DNA of 62,899 bases, the filler included, from Choristocarpus tenellus KU-1152 (lineage: Eukaryota > Protista > Phaeophyceae): NCBI GenBank assembly GCA_964200185.2. It is 9 parts of 9 records of this genome, joined end to end, with 100 filler letters (N's around TTAATTAATTAA, not from the genome) between each part and the next. Parts side by side here need not be neighbours in the genome. Positions count along the whole stretch, not along the records: positions 1 to 5,199 come from CAXNAD020011534.1; positions 5,300 to 22,587 come from CAXNAD020000692.1; 7 more parts are not named here. One strand, given 5' to 3'. Shown one piece after another: positions 1 to 12,200 of the stretch. Made by a program: the position numbers and the translations under genes. A model generated the notes under the pieces. That model worked only from the letters and a program-made list of their open reading frames with translations, searched no databases and had not been told where the DNA came from. The number at the start of each line of letters is the position of its first letter. Positions within the stretch are counted from its first letter, which is position 1.

Positions 1-88
1 CTTGTCTAATAAAAGTGCCTGACGTAGTGTGACTGACACGGACACATTTTGACCTGTCTGATGACGTGCGCAATAGATAATAATATAA

Positions 89-126
89 GAGCACCCCACC
101 ACCAAGGGCTGTGCTCACTCCGCTAA
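89..126 (+). mobile_element. Possible Helitron 3' terminus (hairpin followed by CTRR)
   Basis: GAGCAC-CCC...GGG-CT-GTGCTC stem-loop at 89-116 is followed after 6 nt by CTAA|T, matching the Helitron hairpin plus CTRR|T end pattern. Confidence 0.35.
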
Positions 127-182
127 TAAATAAATCCATACAACTTAAAGCAAAGACTATTGGAAGAGTTCTCTTTTGCATA

Positions 183-324
183 CGACTGATGCCTTGATCA
201 CAATGTGACGGTGATTTCTATCATACTTTGAAATCGGACCACCTCATTCCTCAGTCCCGACTGATGCATTGATCACAATGTGACGGTGATTTCTATCATA
301 CTTTGAAATTGGACCACCTCATTC
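183..324. repeat. Tandem duplication, 2 copies, period 75 bp
   Basis: cgactgatgc(c/a)ttgatcacaatgtgacggtgatttctatcatactttgaaat(c/t)ggaccacctcattc occurs at 183-249 and 258-324. Confidence 0.9.
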
Positions 325-1086
325 TCATACGCACACGCATATATATATATATCCTATATATATTTAAGTAAGTCAATCTGTTCCCGATCACTTGGAAGTG
401 ATCCCAGGAGGACAGGGGGGTGCTACTCAACCAATGGAAGTTTACTGTCCTGCCCATTCCTCCTGAGTTCATTGGTGTATTTAAAGCCCAAAAGCTGACC
501 AACCATGATCTTCTGTTCCAAACACAACAATAGGCAGTGACAGGGATCAAGCTCAGGAGCAGATCGACAACTTGGAAACCGCCTTCGCCACCAGCCTGCT
601 TGAAGCTCAGGAATTCTCTTTGAATACTAGTGCAAGCTGCAGGCAGAAGGAGTCAGGAAGGAATGGCATGACGCGCAAAAATCGTCAAACGACACACCTC
701 CTTGGTACCAGTCCTGGTGCCTGTTGAATGCCATGATCTTGAGGAAATGCATTGTTCTCTATATTATTTGGCCCTGTTACCTTTTATCTTTTTGTTCTCC
801 TCCGTTTAATAGTATGTCAAGAAAGTGAGGTCACCCTAATACCTTCGTAAGTTCACGTGATATGGGATCTTAGTCGTAATTATTCGAACATATTTCCAAA
901 CCCGAGAGTAACGAGCTTTTTTCGCACACGCTGTGCGGTGCGAGCACCACTTACACATAATTTTCTTCCCGTACACCATCAACACGTGCGATAGCCGACT
1001 TGAAGAGCCACCAACAGGCGCGAGAACCACCAGCATAATCTATTATTTACTATTTAAAGTCGTAACAAAATCCAGCAGGGTATTGT

Positions 1087-1600
1087 GAGCCAAATCAATC
1101 GAGAGATAAGCAGGGTTGGACCCTCTTGCATTCCAAGCCGTCTTTCTTACCCTCTGAGTGAAAGTATCTTAGAGGGTACGGGTTTTGCCCTGTTTGTCCA
1201 TTTGGGGCTTGGCTTCCCATGGGGTTTTTGTGATATTTTTCCTGCTCCGAAATGTTTCGGAGTAGGTAATATGTATATGTTACGAAATGGTTTGTCCGGA
1301 ACAAGGATACTGACACTTCCTAACAATTACGACGGATAAAATGACAAGGAAATCGCAACATTGGATTTCGGCCCCCGAATGGACGCGGCCCTACCCTCTA
1401 AGATACTTTGACTCTCTACAATACACTACATTTCATTCCTTTATGTATGCAGTAATGTATAGAAATATGATACACCCTCTTTCCACACACAAAGTGATAT
1501 CACAATTCAGCAAAGCCTCTTTCTACTACAACAGAGACTTTTTTCCCTTTCTCGGGATCCTTAAAATGCAACCCTGTCTACCTCTCAATTAGGTTGGCTC
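1087..1600. mobile_element. MITE family C (about 250 bp, GAG...CTC termini) carrying a nested family A MITE
   Basis: Left end GAGCCAAATCAATCGAGAGATAAGCAGGGTTG matches the reverse-complemented right end GAGCCAACCTAATTGAGAGGTAGACAGGGTTG. Flanks are TGT/TGT. An uninterrupted inverted paralog lies at 2798-3049. Confidence 0.75.
1156..1414. mobile_element. MITE family A (about 260 bp; TIR GAGT(C/G)AAAGTATCTTAGAGGGTA), Sola2-like termini
   Basis: 23-bp TIRs are visible at both ends. Further copies lie at 30500, 42498, 43913, 51613 and 54725. Confidence 0.9.
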
Positions 1601-2069
1601 TGTGATCCACTCATTCTAATTTAACATTCTCCCTCCCCCTTTTGCCATCGTCAGTGCCCTCTTGCTCGCTGCTCCTCAAGACTGGAACTCTCTTGTCTCA
1701 CCGTTCTTTTTTCTCCTTCTCGAGGTACTCAGAACGAATATCCAGTCTCTTCTCCTTTCTCCTTGTATCACACCTTTTTGACAGGGGTTCATATGGGTGA
1801 CAGGAGACAATTACAATTTTTCTTCCCTTGGTCACCATCAGGCCTTCTAGGAATGCTGACAGCAGAAGTCTCCGCCTGAGTAGTGACTGATCGAATTGCC
1901 GACTACTTCTACACCTTAAAGCAGTGATTACAATGCAGGAGAACGTGAGTAAACAAGAGAGCACCAATGAACGACAAGACGGAATTTGTGCATAAATGGA
2001 ACCTATGCTGCAGAAATTCAGGACCAACGGAACACACAACAGTAATGCTGCCAGTGGCCCCATGCCTAC

Positions 2070-2315
2070 AACCTTGAGGCCTTCTCCTCGTTAGACGGAG
2101 ACCCTGGAGTCATGATGTAGAACACAGGCCATTGGTAGGACCCAATGCACACAGTAAGGCGACCTGAGCTCTCTTGCATACCGTCGAGGTTGTAGAGAGA
2201 GACCCTGAAGCCATGGTCTATAACGCAGTCCATTGATGCAACCATGCGTACACAATAATGCGGCTTACACTCTCTTGCATAGTCTAAAGATTGGGGGGAG
2301 AGATCCTGAAGCCAC
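2070..2315. repeat. Degenerate tandem repeat, about 100-bp period, about 2.5 copies
   Basis: The anchor gaga(c/t)cctg(g/a)ag(t/c)ca recurs near 2098, 2199 and 2300. ctctcttgcata recurs near 2169 and 2270. Confidence 0.65.
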
Positions 2316-2797
2316 TATCTCCAATCCCTAATCCTCACACACAAAAAGTAGAACAGAATAAATTGTGTAATAGCAAACGTGGGACAAATCAATATTTCAC
2401 TCATTGTGCTCCTAACCAGTGATAAAGAGTGTCTCAAATATTTGTACCTGATGATTTGAGCAATGTTGAAGATATCTCTCGTCATTCCATCAACATGTGT
2501 AAGTGTTTTGTACTTATGCGTGGAGAAGGTCAAGACCCAAAAGAAAACGGGAATTACCCAAGTTTTGCCCGTTTCGTATTTTAAACCGGCATTTAAATCT
2601 TCCGTAATTCACCCATATTTGTATGGATGAAGTGCTACCATAAGATTGCCTTGAGGCCTTAAATTTCTGTATTTTTTGAAAAATTTCGACAAATTCAGAA
2701 AATATCCTGAAAGCATTCGTAGAAATATATCATTTTTGCAGGTACTTGTCAGCATCTTCAAAATGCAACTCTGGGTATCTCTCGTTTACTTTGACTC

Positions 2798-3049
2798 CAA
2801 ACCAACTGAGAGGTAGGCAAGGTTGCATTTCAAGGATTCCGAGCAAGAACAAACACATAAAAAATTGTACAATTGCAGAGTTTTTGCTGGATACTGGTTT
2901 TACTTTGTGTGTGTGGAAAGGAGGAACATCAATTTTGTGTTCATTGTTGTGAACATTAAGCTACGAAATAGGGTGCATTGCACAGGGTAAGAAAGATGAC
3001 TTACAATGCAAAAGGATCCAAACCTGCCTACCACTAAATTGGTATGACT
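2798..3049. mobile_element. MITE family C copy (inverted relative to 1087-1600), abutting the end of another related TIR at 2757-2797
   Basis: caaaccaactgagaggtaggcaaggttgcatt ... ccaaacctgcctaccactaaattggtatgactg. The internal reverse complement tctttcttaccctgtgcaatgcac is the empty site of the 1156 insertion. Confidence 0.7.
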
Positions 3050-3807
3050 GGAGAGAAGATAATTATGTATTAGAGTGTTTGCGCAAAATGAAGTGCATTA
3101 TGGTATTTTGTCTAAAGGAAGTAAGAAAATCTACTTCGAAAATCAGATTGCGCAAAGTGAAATTCACTATCAAAAAGAAAAAATGCAAAAAACAAGGAAC
3201 GCCACCCGAAGGTGACGGGGAAATTCAAACCGTCTTCAGCACCCTTAGTGGCGCCCTTAGTGGGCGCCCCTTGACGAAAGAGCAGTCTCACGTAGCCCAT
3301 GTGAGCTTCCATCTATTTCGACCCTTCCCTGGACATTTCTCAGTAGATTGAGAGATGGAGGTAGGTCTTTGTCCGAATGGTGCAGACTTCTATCGCTTGC
3401 CCTACCTGTGGCTAAAGCAAGTGGGGGTCGAAGCACAGGCTGGGGATTGAATGTGACTGGTTGAACGGGTTTTGATGCATTGCTTTTTGGAATGAACAAG
3501 GTCCGTATTTCGCAGGAACCTAAGCAGGTTGTTTGATTAAGGCAGCACAGACAGCGGGCAAGGAGTTCTGGGTTAAAACAGGTTGAAGCATCGATGCGAG
3601 GGTTGCCAGTACACTGTTGACAACCTCTTGGTGCGGCAGTGAAGTTTGGCTTGATACCTCAACGTGCATGGCGTCCTGTTCTGGCGAGGTAGTCCTAGTT
3701 CCTTCCTAACGATTAGGGTTTCGGCTGAGTCAGCGAAAGGGTGTGACATGGTGGCAAATAAAACACGGGCATTTTTATGTTATCCAAACCATTGCGACTC
3801 TTGTCCT

Positions 3808-3976
3808 GGGTCAAAGTATCTGGGGGGTGGGGGGTGGTTTGTGAGGGGACGTCCGTTTCGGTCATACAACTTTTTTTTTTGCTGACATTTCAAATCCGAC
3901 ACATGCGACCAAATCACACCAAAAGAGTGAAAATCGAAAAAAGGGTGAAATGCCGACGCCGGTACCCCCCTCCCAG
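3808..3976. mobile_element. TIR family B short element (GGGTCAAAGTATCTGGGGG...GTCCGTTT), right TIR truncated
   Basis: The left terminus matches those at 8327, 32364 and 62856. An inner right-TIR remnant gacgccggtacccccctcccag at about 3955-3976 lacks the terminal atactttgaccc. Confidence 0.7.
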
Positions 3977-5199
3977 TGATCCTACGAAAGCTGCATGTTG
4001 GCGGTGTTTCATAGAGGAGAGGCCCAGACCCCCCGCACTTGTAGGCATCTGTGCCTGTACTTGTTGGTGGGTCTCTATTCGGAGAGACCTATTGTTGCAC
4101 TCTCCCTCAAAGAAGTCCGTCACCTCTGTCGTATCGGCTATCTCCATTATCCTCTCTAGTGTCCACAGGGAGGTATTGTCTGCTTGCTCCATGGTGAAGC
4201 GTGCCAGGAGGGGGGGAGTGACCCTCACAAGATAGCCTAGCCGGGAGGAGAGGGACCAGGAGTTGAGGAGCCAGGCCACCTTCTTGTCCTCAATCTCGCT
4301 TAGGTGTGTGGCTAAAGCTCGTGTCCCAGAGCTCTCTATCACCTCCTCCATGTGAGCTCGATTGAAGTAATCTGTTCCTACTGGAGCCCCTAGAGTGACA
4401 AAACCACTGGGGTTAGGGGCTAGGTTGATTCCTGTCGTGGAAAGGAGCTCTAGTTCCGAGGGCGTGGGTTGGTGGCCCTGGGGAGTTGCGGCAAATGTCT
4501 TGCCCATGTTTAGGTTGATGCCTACGTCCTGGAGATTAGGTTTTAGCTGCTCGAAAGCAGCTATGATAATAGTGTTGATCTCCCTCGCCGAAATGGGCGT
4601 GTCATCCTGATATCTCCGGGAGGAAACCCCTTGGGGTCCGAAAACTGATTGGACCTGTTGCAAGGCCTTGTGTGTCACCATGAAATATAATAGGGGGCCT
4701 AGTGGGTCTCCCTGTTGGACCCCAGATCTTGATGGTAGAATCTTCGTCCCTCCCTCATCTAGGGGGAAAAGAAAATTCCTTGTATTCCCATATACCTTGG
4801 AAACATAAGATAGGAGGCCTGGTAGGGTCTCTGGGAGGGCCTGGATGAAGGCTGAGTGGCGTACGCTGTTGAAAGCATTCCTTCCGTCCAGACTGATGAC
4901 CCATTCTCCGCACTCATTCCTTAGGCGGATATCCAGGAGTGCACGTTCAATGCAATTTGGGACCCCGACGCCGAATTGTCCTGCTCCCCTGGAAAATTCC
5001 TCTAGGTAGGGGCGCCAGTCCGTGCAGAAAGCTGAAGCACATGCCCTCCTAACAAAAGACCCACAGGCAACTGGGCGACACTTCTCCTCGATTGCGGACA
5101 GTCTGGAGTTAGTGGGGAGCGTCCAGAACTCTAGGGGTAGGGCGTCCGGGGAGGTGTAGGCTAGCTCCCATAGTTTTGCAAACGCCTCTGCCACTTCCT
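3977..5199 (-). mobile_element. Non-LTR retrotransposon reverse transcriptase, CRE-clade-like; 5' part cut by a linker, 3' part truncated
   Basis: Open frame with RPVACGSFVRR, QFGVGVPN, ISLDGRNAFNSV, SGVQQGDPLGPLLY, RYQDD, GINLNMGKT, LGAPVGT and QAQMPTSAGGLGL, the motif series of CRE/SLACS-type RTs. Confidence 0.9.
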
Positions 5200-5299
5200 N
5201 NNNNNNNNNNNNNNNNNNNNNNNNNNNNNNNNNNNNNNNNNNNTTAATTAATTAANNNNNNNNNNNNNNNNNNNNNNNNNNNNNNNNNNNNNNNNNNNN
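5200..5299. other. Artificial assembly linker; the same linker occurs at 22588-22687, 32427-32526, 36805-36904, 40950-41049, about 45386-45485, 51513-51612 and 54870-54969
   Basis: Identical 100-bp N/TTAATTAATTAA/N spacer carrying stop codons in all six frames. It differs from the plain 10-N gap at 50389-50398. Confidence 0.97.
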
Positions 5300-5388
5300 C
5301 AGTCAATTTTGGGTCAAGCCCATCCTCAATGAAAAGCTCCATCCTCAATTTTTGAAATTGGCTGTTAAAAAGGTCTTGTCATACCCTT

Positions 5389-5482
5389 TCATTTGATATT
5401 TATATTGTTGTATAACTGTTGTGGCGATACGGTGAAAAAAACAAGATTGTCACAGAGGGCGAAGCTACTGGGACCACTTTAT
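5389..5482 (-). repeat. Fragment of the large family B-associated element
   Basis: tttgatatttatattgttg...gtgaaaaaaacaagattgtcacagagggcgaagctactgggaccacttta is homologous to 42437-42497 plus 42765-42799 and to the reverse complement of about 35042-35137. Confidence 0.7.
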
Positions 5483-7289
5483 TTACACAGGTTTTCCTTT
5501 GATGGTTTGAGATTTACTCTTGTGCCTCAGGTTTGTCGTACAAAGTTGTTGGCGTTCAAGTCTATATTTCTATTATTTAATTCGCCCACACAACAGGTAC
5601 CACTCCTGTAATAGTCTCTCTCTCTCTTAAGTAGGACTGGATTGACTTATCGAGATTGGAGGTAAGGTAGGAGGGGCACGAGCTCTACTACTTTCAGACT
5701 TCTAGATCTCACCATACGAGAGTCTAGAACCAAGCGCTCATTCCAAAAATGTCTTCTTTGCTAGAATGTTCTTCTGGAATGTTCTCATTCAATGTCTCAT
5801 GGCGTAAGGGCAGCTGGATAACCCGCTCCATTCTTCTTTCGCAGGCGTGGTTTGAACATTCGATAACCCAACGCTTGGCTCTCTTTTCCAGGATTTCTGG
5901 CGTCTCACAATAGACGGTGTACATGGGGCGAGACGGTTCCTTCTCTTAACAAAATCTTCTCCTCCTTCCCTCTTCCTCCTTATCTAAGGCTACCCCCCTA
6001 TACATGCCTTGCTTTGCACTTAGAGAAGGCAGTAGACATACATCTTGTTGGTGACATCTAGGTAATTCTTGTTGTTGAATCTGACGTATAGTTGTGCAAC
6101 CACATTCTGGAAGGATACTGCGCCCCTCACATTTTTCGACATACATGAAGGTGTATCGCCCTCACTGAACTGAACGTCAGGTTGTTTCTATCCTGTTGAG
6201 CATAACAAAATTTGAACTTAAGACTAATAATGTTGTGTAACCAACTTCTGTGAAATGGGGAGCGATGACAACCATCAGCGATGACAACCATCAGAGATGA
6301 GGTTAGAAAAGAAGTGAGAGATGGAACTGAGCTACTGCTGGGGACAGTTGAGAATCTAACAATATTTGCAAATGCAGTGAAGGGCTTAGTGTGCGATCAA
6401 TCAGAACAGAAGACACAATCACCAACTTTCCTGGTTCGAATCCACTACACAAATATTATCGTAGTAGAAGAAGAAACAGGTCTCACCTGTCAGATCCGAA
6501 GCCATCATCGACTAGACATAAACCTATGAACAACTGGAATTGAGGGAAATATACGTGTGGTGTAATGCATTGTGAAGATTCGATGTGATTTGTGAAACGT
6601 TCGTCTGCTTTTGGTTCTATTGTGAATTTTAGAAAACTAATATCCGAACTTTTTCTCATCCGAACTAATTTGAACTGTTTATACCATCCATCATTCAAGA
6701 CAAATGCTTGAAAAAAGTCCTCAGTCGTACCCCCATTATTTTATTATTATCTCCTCTTACCCCAATGATCACAAACAAATTCTTGTTTCCCTTTCTCACA
6801 ACTTCTTGGCTTCTTCTTGTTGCTTTCATTCTAAGGTATTGTTTTTTCAACCTTAACGAGCATCTTAATGTTGTATTACTAGTGTTTGTGGTATATTCAT
6901 CCACCACGTCGACTATAGGATACTCAAAATATGGATTTCCAAGATAAGAACTCTAGTTTCGAAATTCTTGTCATATAGATAACCATTGAACGCAAGGTAT
7001 ATACATAATTATCCTACAATCATTTCACTCTATTCTACAAGATATATACTAGAAGATATGTTATTTGTATGGTATGTGGAGGTGGGATACGAAGAAAATA
7101 GGGTTGCCATTTGGTTCTACTCAGCTAAATGACTAACTTGTAAATACAAGAACCTGATTAAAAATCTGAAAAGACTCTCCGATGTTGGATATTTGCTAAG
7201 CACATGACGTCAGAGACGATTTGGTACGAACAAGGAATTTCTCTTGTTTAGTTTCTGTGTTGATATGCACATCTTACATCTTGGACAAG

Positions 7290-7700
7290 AAGCTTGCATT
7301 ACATTCGATGACTTCTTCAACACAGTGGATACCATGGGTAGCGGCATCTCCCAGAGAAAGGGTGACGACGAACCCAGGAGCGATGCCCTTGGCTGCTCTG
7401 GGTGATAACTATCGTGAAAGGGTATGCTCCCGAAGCGAAAATCCCGATTGTGGAGAGACGAAAGAGCAAGACTTGGCCACTCATCGAGGAAGTGGGGGAT
7501 TGGTGAGGGGGCGGGCTGTCTTCTGCCTCCCTCCCGAAGCGGATTGGTTTCAGGGTCACTTCGCTTATGCTGCTCGTGGTGGTTGCACAGCCTCTCTGGG
7601 CGTACTGGCTTGTGGTTTGCCAGTTGATCCTGTGAGTGTTGTTTGTTTTGAAACAAGTGCCAATTTGCTACTAAATATAATACACACTTGCGTATTCAAT
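7290..7700 (-). pseudogene. Heavily decayed Helitron/Pif1 helicase C-terminal remnant
   Basis: Frameshifted peptides occur in the expected order: PERLCNH (cf. GLCNGTR), GQVLLFRL (cf. VLIPRI), YPFTIVITQSSQGH (cf. YAMTINKSQGQ), DAATHGIHCV (cf. VFAHGQLYV). Confidence 0.4.
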
Positions 7701-8326
7701 GCACTAAGTGGGCTTTGAGGCTGTTGCTTCCACTGTGTGATAGCAGTCGTTGGATTCTTTCCTCTGTCTTCTGTCCAAGAGTACCAGCACTTTGCTCTGG
7801 GTGGGAAGGGATAACACGCCACTGAGCATATGGTATTTTCTCTCTTCGTTCTCAATCGAGACTCCAAAGCTGTGCTGTGTTGGAGATAAGCTCACACACT
7901 AAGCCCTTCTTCATTGCATTTGCATATTCTCCACTATTTCCTTATATCTGTCTTTTGTCCAGTGTATGCAGTGCTGCCATGGGGGGTTTGGACGTTACAG
8001 GCTTACCTTCATTCACCACGAGGTCAGTCTAGACGAAAATACTTCACAGACAAGAGGATTCGATATTCGCTGTGGGATGCTTAGTTAGAGGCTCTACTTG
8101 CAAACCCCTCTACACTAGCCCTTTGCGACCACAATATTGTACTTTGGACAGAAACCAGTTCCAAAATCCAAATCTGTGTAGGAGTCCCTCCCTACGTCTA
8201 AGCAGGCAGCATCATCGATTTGCCATCGATTTTAGTACTAGATGCAAAGCAGTTGAAGCCTCTAGCCTAAATGTTTGTTTGCTTCCGGACGAAAGGGAGG
8301 TACTAGGGGCATGAGCTCCCCTCATT

Positions 8327-8372
8327 GGGTCAAAGTATCTGGGGGGGGGGTGCCGGCGTCCGTTTTTCGCCC
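8327..8372 (+). mobile_element. TIR family B terminus
   Basis: GGGTCAAAGTATCT-G10-TGCCGGCGTCCGTTTTTC. Confidence 0.8.
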
Positions 8373-8799
8373 ATTAGTTGGTCATTCGCTTCGACGCCTC
8401 CCTAACGTGGTTTGTCCACTCCGATCATCACAGTCGGGCAAGGAGGCCTCTGTTGTAGTCGAGAGACTCGGAGGGAACATGATGAGCCTACACGCGGAGC
8501 CAGCGCCAGATAGGGATAGTGGTACTATGGGAGAGGGTGTGGGAGAATATAGTGAGCTGGCGTTTCAGACCGAGACTATGAAGGTGAGTTATGCTAGCTG
8601 GGATGATTTTTCGCTTGTTTTTCGCCCTTCAGCCACCGTCTGAAACATTGATCCTTTATGATTTGAATATTTAGGCTGTTCCTGTGCCCTTTGATCCTGG
8701 TTTGCTCTTTGTTGGATTTTATTTATTTTAAGTGTGTGAGTGTATGTTTTGTGGACGTTTGCGGTAGTTCCATCCATGAGTTTGATCCTACACTCTCTC

Positions 8800-9260
8800 T
8801 TCCTGCCCAACACCTGTTCCTATTTTGCTGCCCTTTCTTCTCCCCTCCTAAAGGCGGACGGGGATGCGCAACCTCTGCTAGTGCAGTACTTCAAGTCAAT
8901 CGTCCGTGCTGCAGCCAACCCAGAGGTAAAAAGATTTCATGTTGGGATTGCAGCTTGGTGTAAGGCGTGTTATTATTTCTGGTAGTACAACCCTCACTAT
9001 TGTGGTGCTTGTTCGGCATTGCTTGATAATTCCTGCCATGATAACCTGCATCTTGGTACAAGGTAGAAGGTGGTATTGATATTGTGGAGGCACTGAGTTG
9101 CTGAAGATTTTGGTTCCTCTTTCTGCTCAGCTGGCATGATTGTTGTTGGCGTATGATGTCCAATGGAAGGATTCATGAATTGTTGCATCTCAGGTATATC
9201 TACAGCACCTACACACATGAAAATGACTGTCTTCCAATCAATACTTCATGTGGATGTTCG
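8800..9260 (-). mobile_element. Decayed RTE-type LINE 3' end
   Basis: Fragments RCRLSWQE and SGLAAARTIDLKYCTSRGCASPSAFRRGEERAAK weakly parallel the better-preserved copy at 33240-33645. Confidence 0.4.
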
Positions 9261-12200
9261 TCTGGAAATTCTTCAGTTTAATTGTGACCTAACCTGATAC
9301 TTACCTTCTTCTGTCTTCCTTAAGGAATTGCATGATTGCATTGTCTGCCTGGGACCCATGGAGGTACCCAGGAGTCTACTACAGGCATTGGCGGCCCCAC
9401 TGCATGATGTGACAGGGAGAGAAGTGAAGGTGTGTGCTCTCTATGCAAGTAGTGTCATAGTGATTCCATGTAACCCACATATTTTTTCCCTGTATGCATC
9501 AATTTTTGTTGCATTTTGCATTCTGTCCTGTTTTTATTGTATTACATTGTTTTCATGTTTGTGTTGATTTAAGGACATTCAGGTGTGGAGATTTTGTACA
9601 ACAGTGCAGTGAAATGTAATGTTGCAGTTCATCTGCTGCTTTCAAAAATAGGAATTTTAGATGTTGCCCTGATTTTGCATCTTCTTTGTTGCTACAGTAT
9701 TCTTTTGTGGTATGGTGAAGTCATATTTTGAAAATGTGATTGGTGCTTGTTTTAGTCAATGAGTTACATTGCTGCTGTGGAATGAGAACAAGGCATTGTT
9801 TGGTGTAAGGTGTCCTTGCTATGATCAATGCTTTGCTTCCCAAAACACTGTCCATCAATTCGAGACTGTGTGTCGATTGACTTGGTTCTATCTTGGGACG
9901 TACTGACGAGTAGTAAATAGCGGTTGACAAATCTTCTTGTGAAATGTATTGCTGTTTTATGAGACTCAAAGGTTATCCCCTCTGCAAGTACTACATCTTT
10001 TGGTTATTTTGGTGTTCTGTATATAGTATATATTTATTGGTTCCAGTTTGCTTGAATGATTTGTGATGCACCTATTTTATGATAAAAGAAAGGTATTGCT
10101 CAGTACTTTCAATCCTCAGGGGAATTTAAGTAGAAGATACAAAATATATCAAATTAATATATCAGAAATACCTTGTTGTGGCTCAAAGTAAAATCCATTT
10201 GTTGCAGAAACTAGAAGTTCACTGATCCTTGAGTCACTGTTCAAAAGTGGTGGGTGTAGAAAAGGTAGGGCATGGCTAACATGCATTTTGTTCTGGAAGC
10301 TGCTTACCTCCAACCTTTGGAACCCCTTCATTGCACATAAAACCCGACCTACGCCTACATGATAAAGCAAGTTTACAAGGTTGTTTCTGTTGGGGCGAGA
10401 TCTCTGTTCAAACCTTGGTGTCAAAATACGAGAGTTAGCCCTGAATACTAAATATGTATATATATATATTTGTCTAGCATCATCCACACTTTACTCCCAC
10501 ATTTAAGTAACAAGGGAGTATTCCCGGTGAATCAACAGCCATATAGAAACCATGTAAGGTAACTTCTGAAACAATTACCATTTCGTTTTCTCTTCACCCC
10601 CTCCCTCTTCACCAATCTGGGCCTATCTCAGCGTGTGAGTTCTCCAGCATGCAAGCCATCTCTGCAGACTGGCTGTGCAGGTTTCATGTACTGTCCTCCT
10701 CCCACCACGCTCCCAAGGGAACCCAGGAGTTATGATGGTGCCACGCCTATGGCCTCACCTCATAGTTTGCACCAGGGTCATCCACCACCTTCATGACTTC
10801 AAGTCTGAGGAGAGGCGGGGGATTACTTGTATTTGTTTTTTACCCTACAGCACTTGGCTCTATCCTCTACAGGCATGAGGCCATGGTTTGAACACTGTGC
10901 ATATTCCTTGGATATTTGATAGCTAGACTGTATGGTGGAACCCCTTGGAAGATGGGGCATTCGATTTTTACGAGAGTATTGCACTTGGTATGAATAGGAT
11001 TGAGGGGGAGAGGGTCCATGCCTGTTTCTGGACTCTGGTGTTGTTGTAGTAGGATTTTTTTGTGTGAATGTTGTGTGGATTGCTGTGAGGTCTATGACGC
11101 AAAAACTACAAGTCAGGTTTTCATATACAGGGCCACCTCCCTGTGGTTAAGTGTCCTGACAGTTTCATCTGTACCATTTTGAATGCGTTGAAGAGTTTTC
11201 ATGTTTTTATTCAGTCACTGCATTTTGTGAAAAGAGGTATGTCCCAAGTGGGCACATATGGAAAGAATGGGGTTGGGCAGAGATGTGATTTGTGTTCAGT
11301 GAGTTTGAAGCAATTGATGGAATGGCTGCTGGGTCACGGAATGGGCTATGAGGGTGGAGGAGGCAGTGCTTTTTTCAAGGATGTGGATAGGAGAAAAAAA
11401 ATGTATGTTTTTGCAAAATATCAACTATCCATTTCTACTGTGCCCTCGAATGTTGTGCAGTGTGTTTTGACTTGTATATGGCACTGTGGTTTGGGGGCAT
11501 GAGCTGGAAGCTTCTAGCCCCTAGCCCTTGTGGTGCCTTGTTGATGTTGTAGCTGAGAATTACCTCACTCCAGTGTACCTATGCAATAAATTGTGGGTGC
11601 CATGGCTTACTATAGTAAGACATAGCTGTGGTTGATGTTACCTCCCCAACTGCTGCATAGGTTTTGGCTTTGATGGACATCCATCAAGACAATAGGGACG
11701 CTAGTTGTCAACATGATATCTTGGATTGAATTTCGTATTGTGCCTAGTGGAGGTGTTGAGGCAAAAGGGAACAGCAAAGCTGTTCTCTCAGTGTACAAGC
11801 TTGTGGGAACATTACAGAGAAGGCATAGGTCTTCAAGACTTTATTATGCATAAACGATAGTTCTTGTGTAAACAAAGTATGGACAGACTTCATGGTTAAA
11901 GAAAGCAGTGTTAATGGTCTTTTTCACTCCTTTAAAAAAAAATTATATTGTGCTTTCACAATTGAGCAGCACCTGAAAAACTTAAGATCAGTGCCGAAAA
12001 TGATGTCAAAATAGAACAATGTGGAAAAAGCCAGCAACACAGGCAAGACAGAGTGTTATCATGATGGTAGAGATCAATAAAAAAACATGTATACTACATT
12101 TTTGTCTCGAAAAAAGGAGTTGAAATTCTCTTGTACAGCATCCTTCGTGTAGGCAGTGAAGCATTTATTTTGATATTCAGTTTTGTTTGTTTCGACCTTT

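Noticed and set aside
3914-3976. C-terminal GGGYRRRHFTLFSIFTLLV of the 426-aa RT ORF
   Set aside because: It is read-through into the family B MITE and not part of the retrotransposon protein.
5244-5255. TTAATTAATTAA palindrome recurring eight times
   Set aside because: It is always centred in identical N-runs, so it is a synthetic six-frame-stop linker and not biology.
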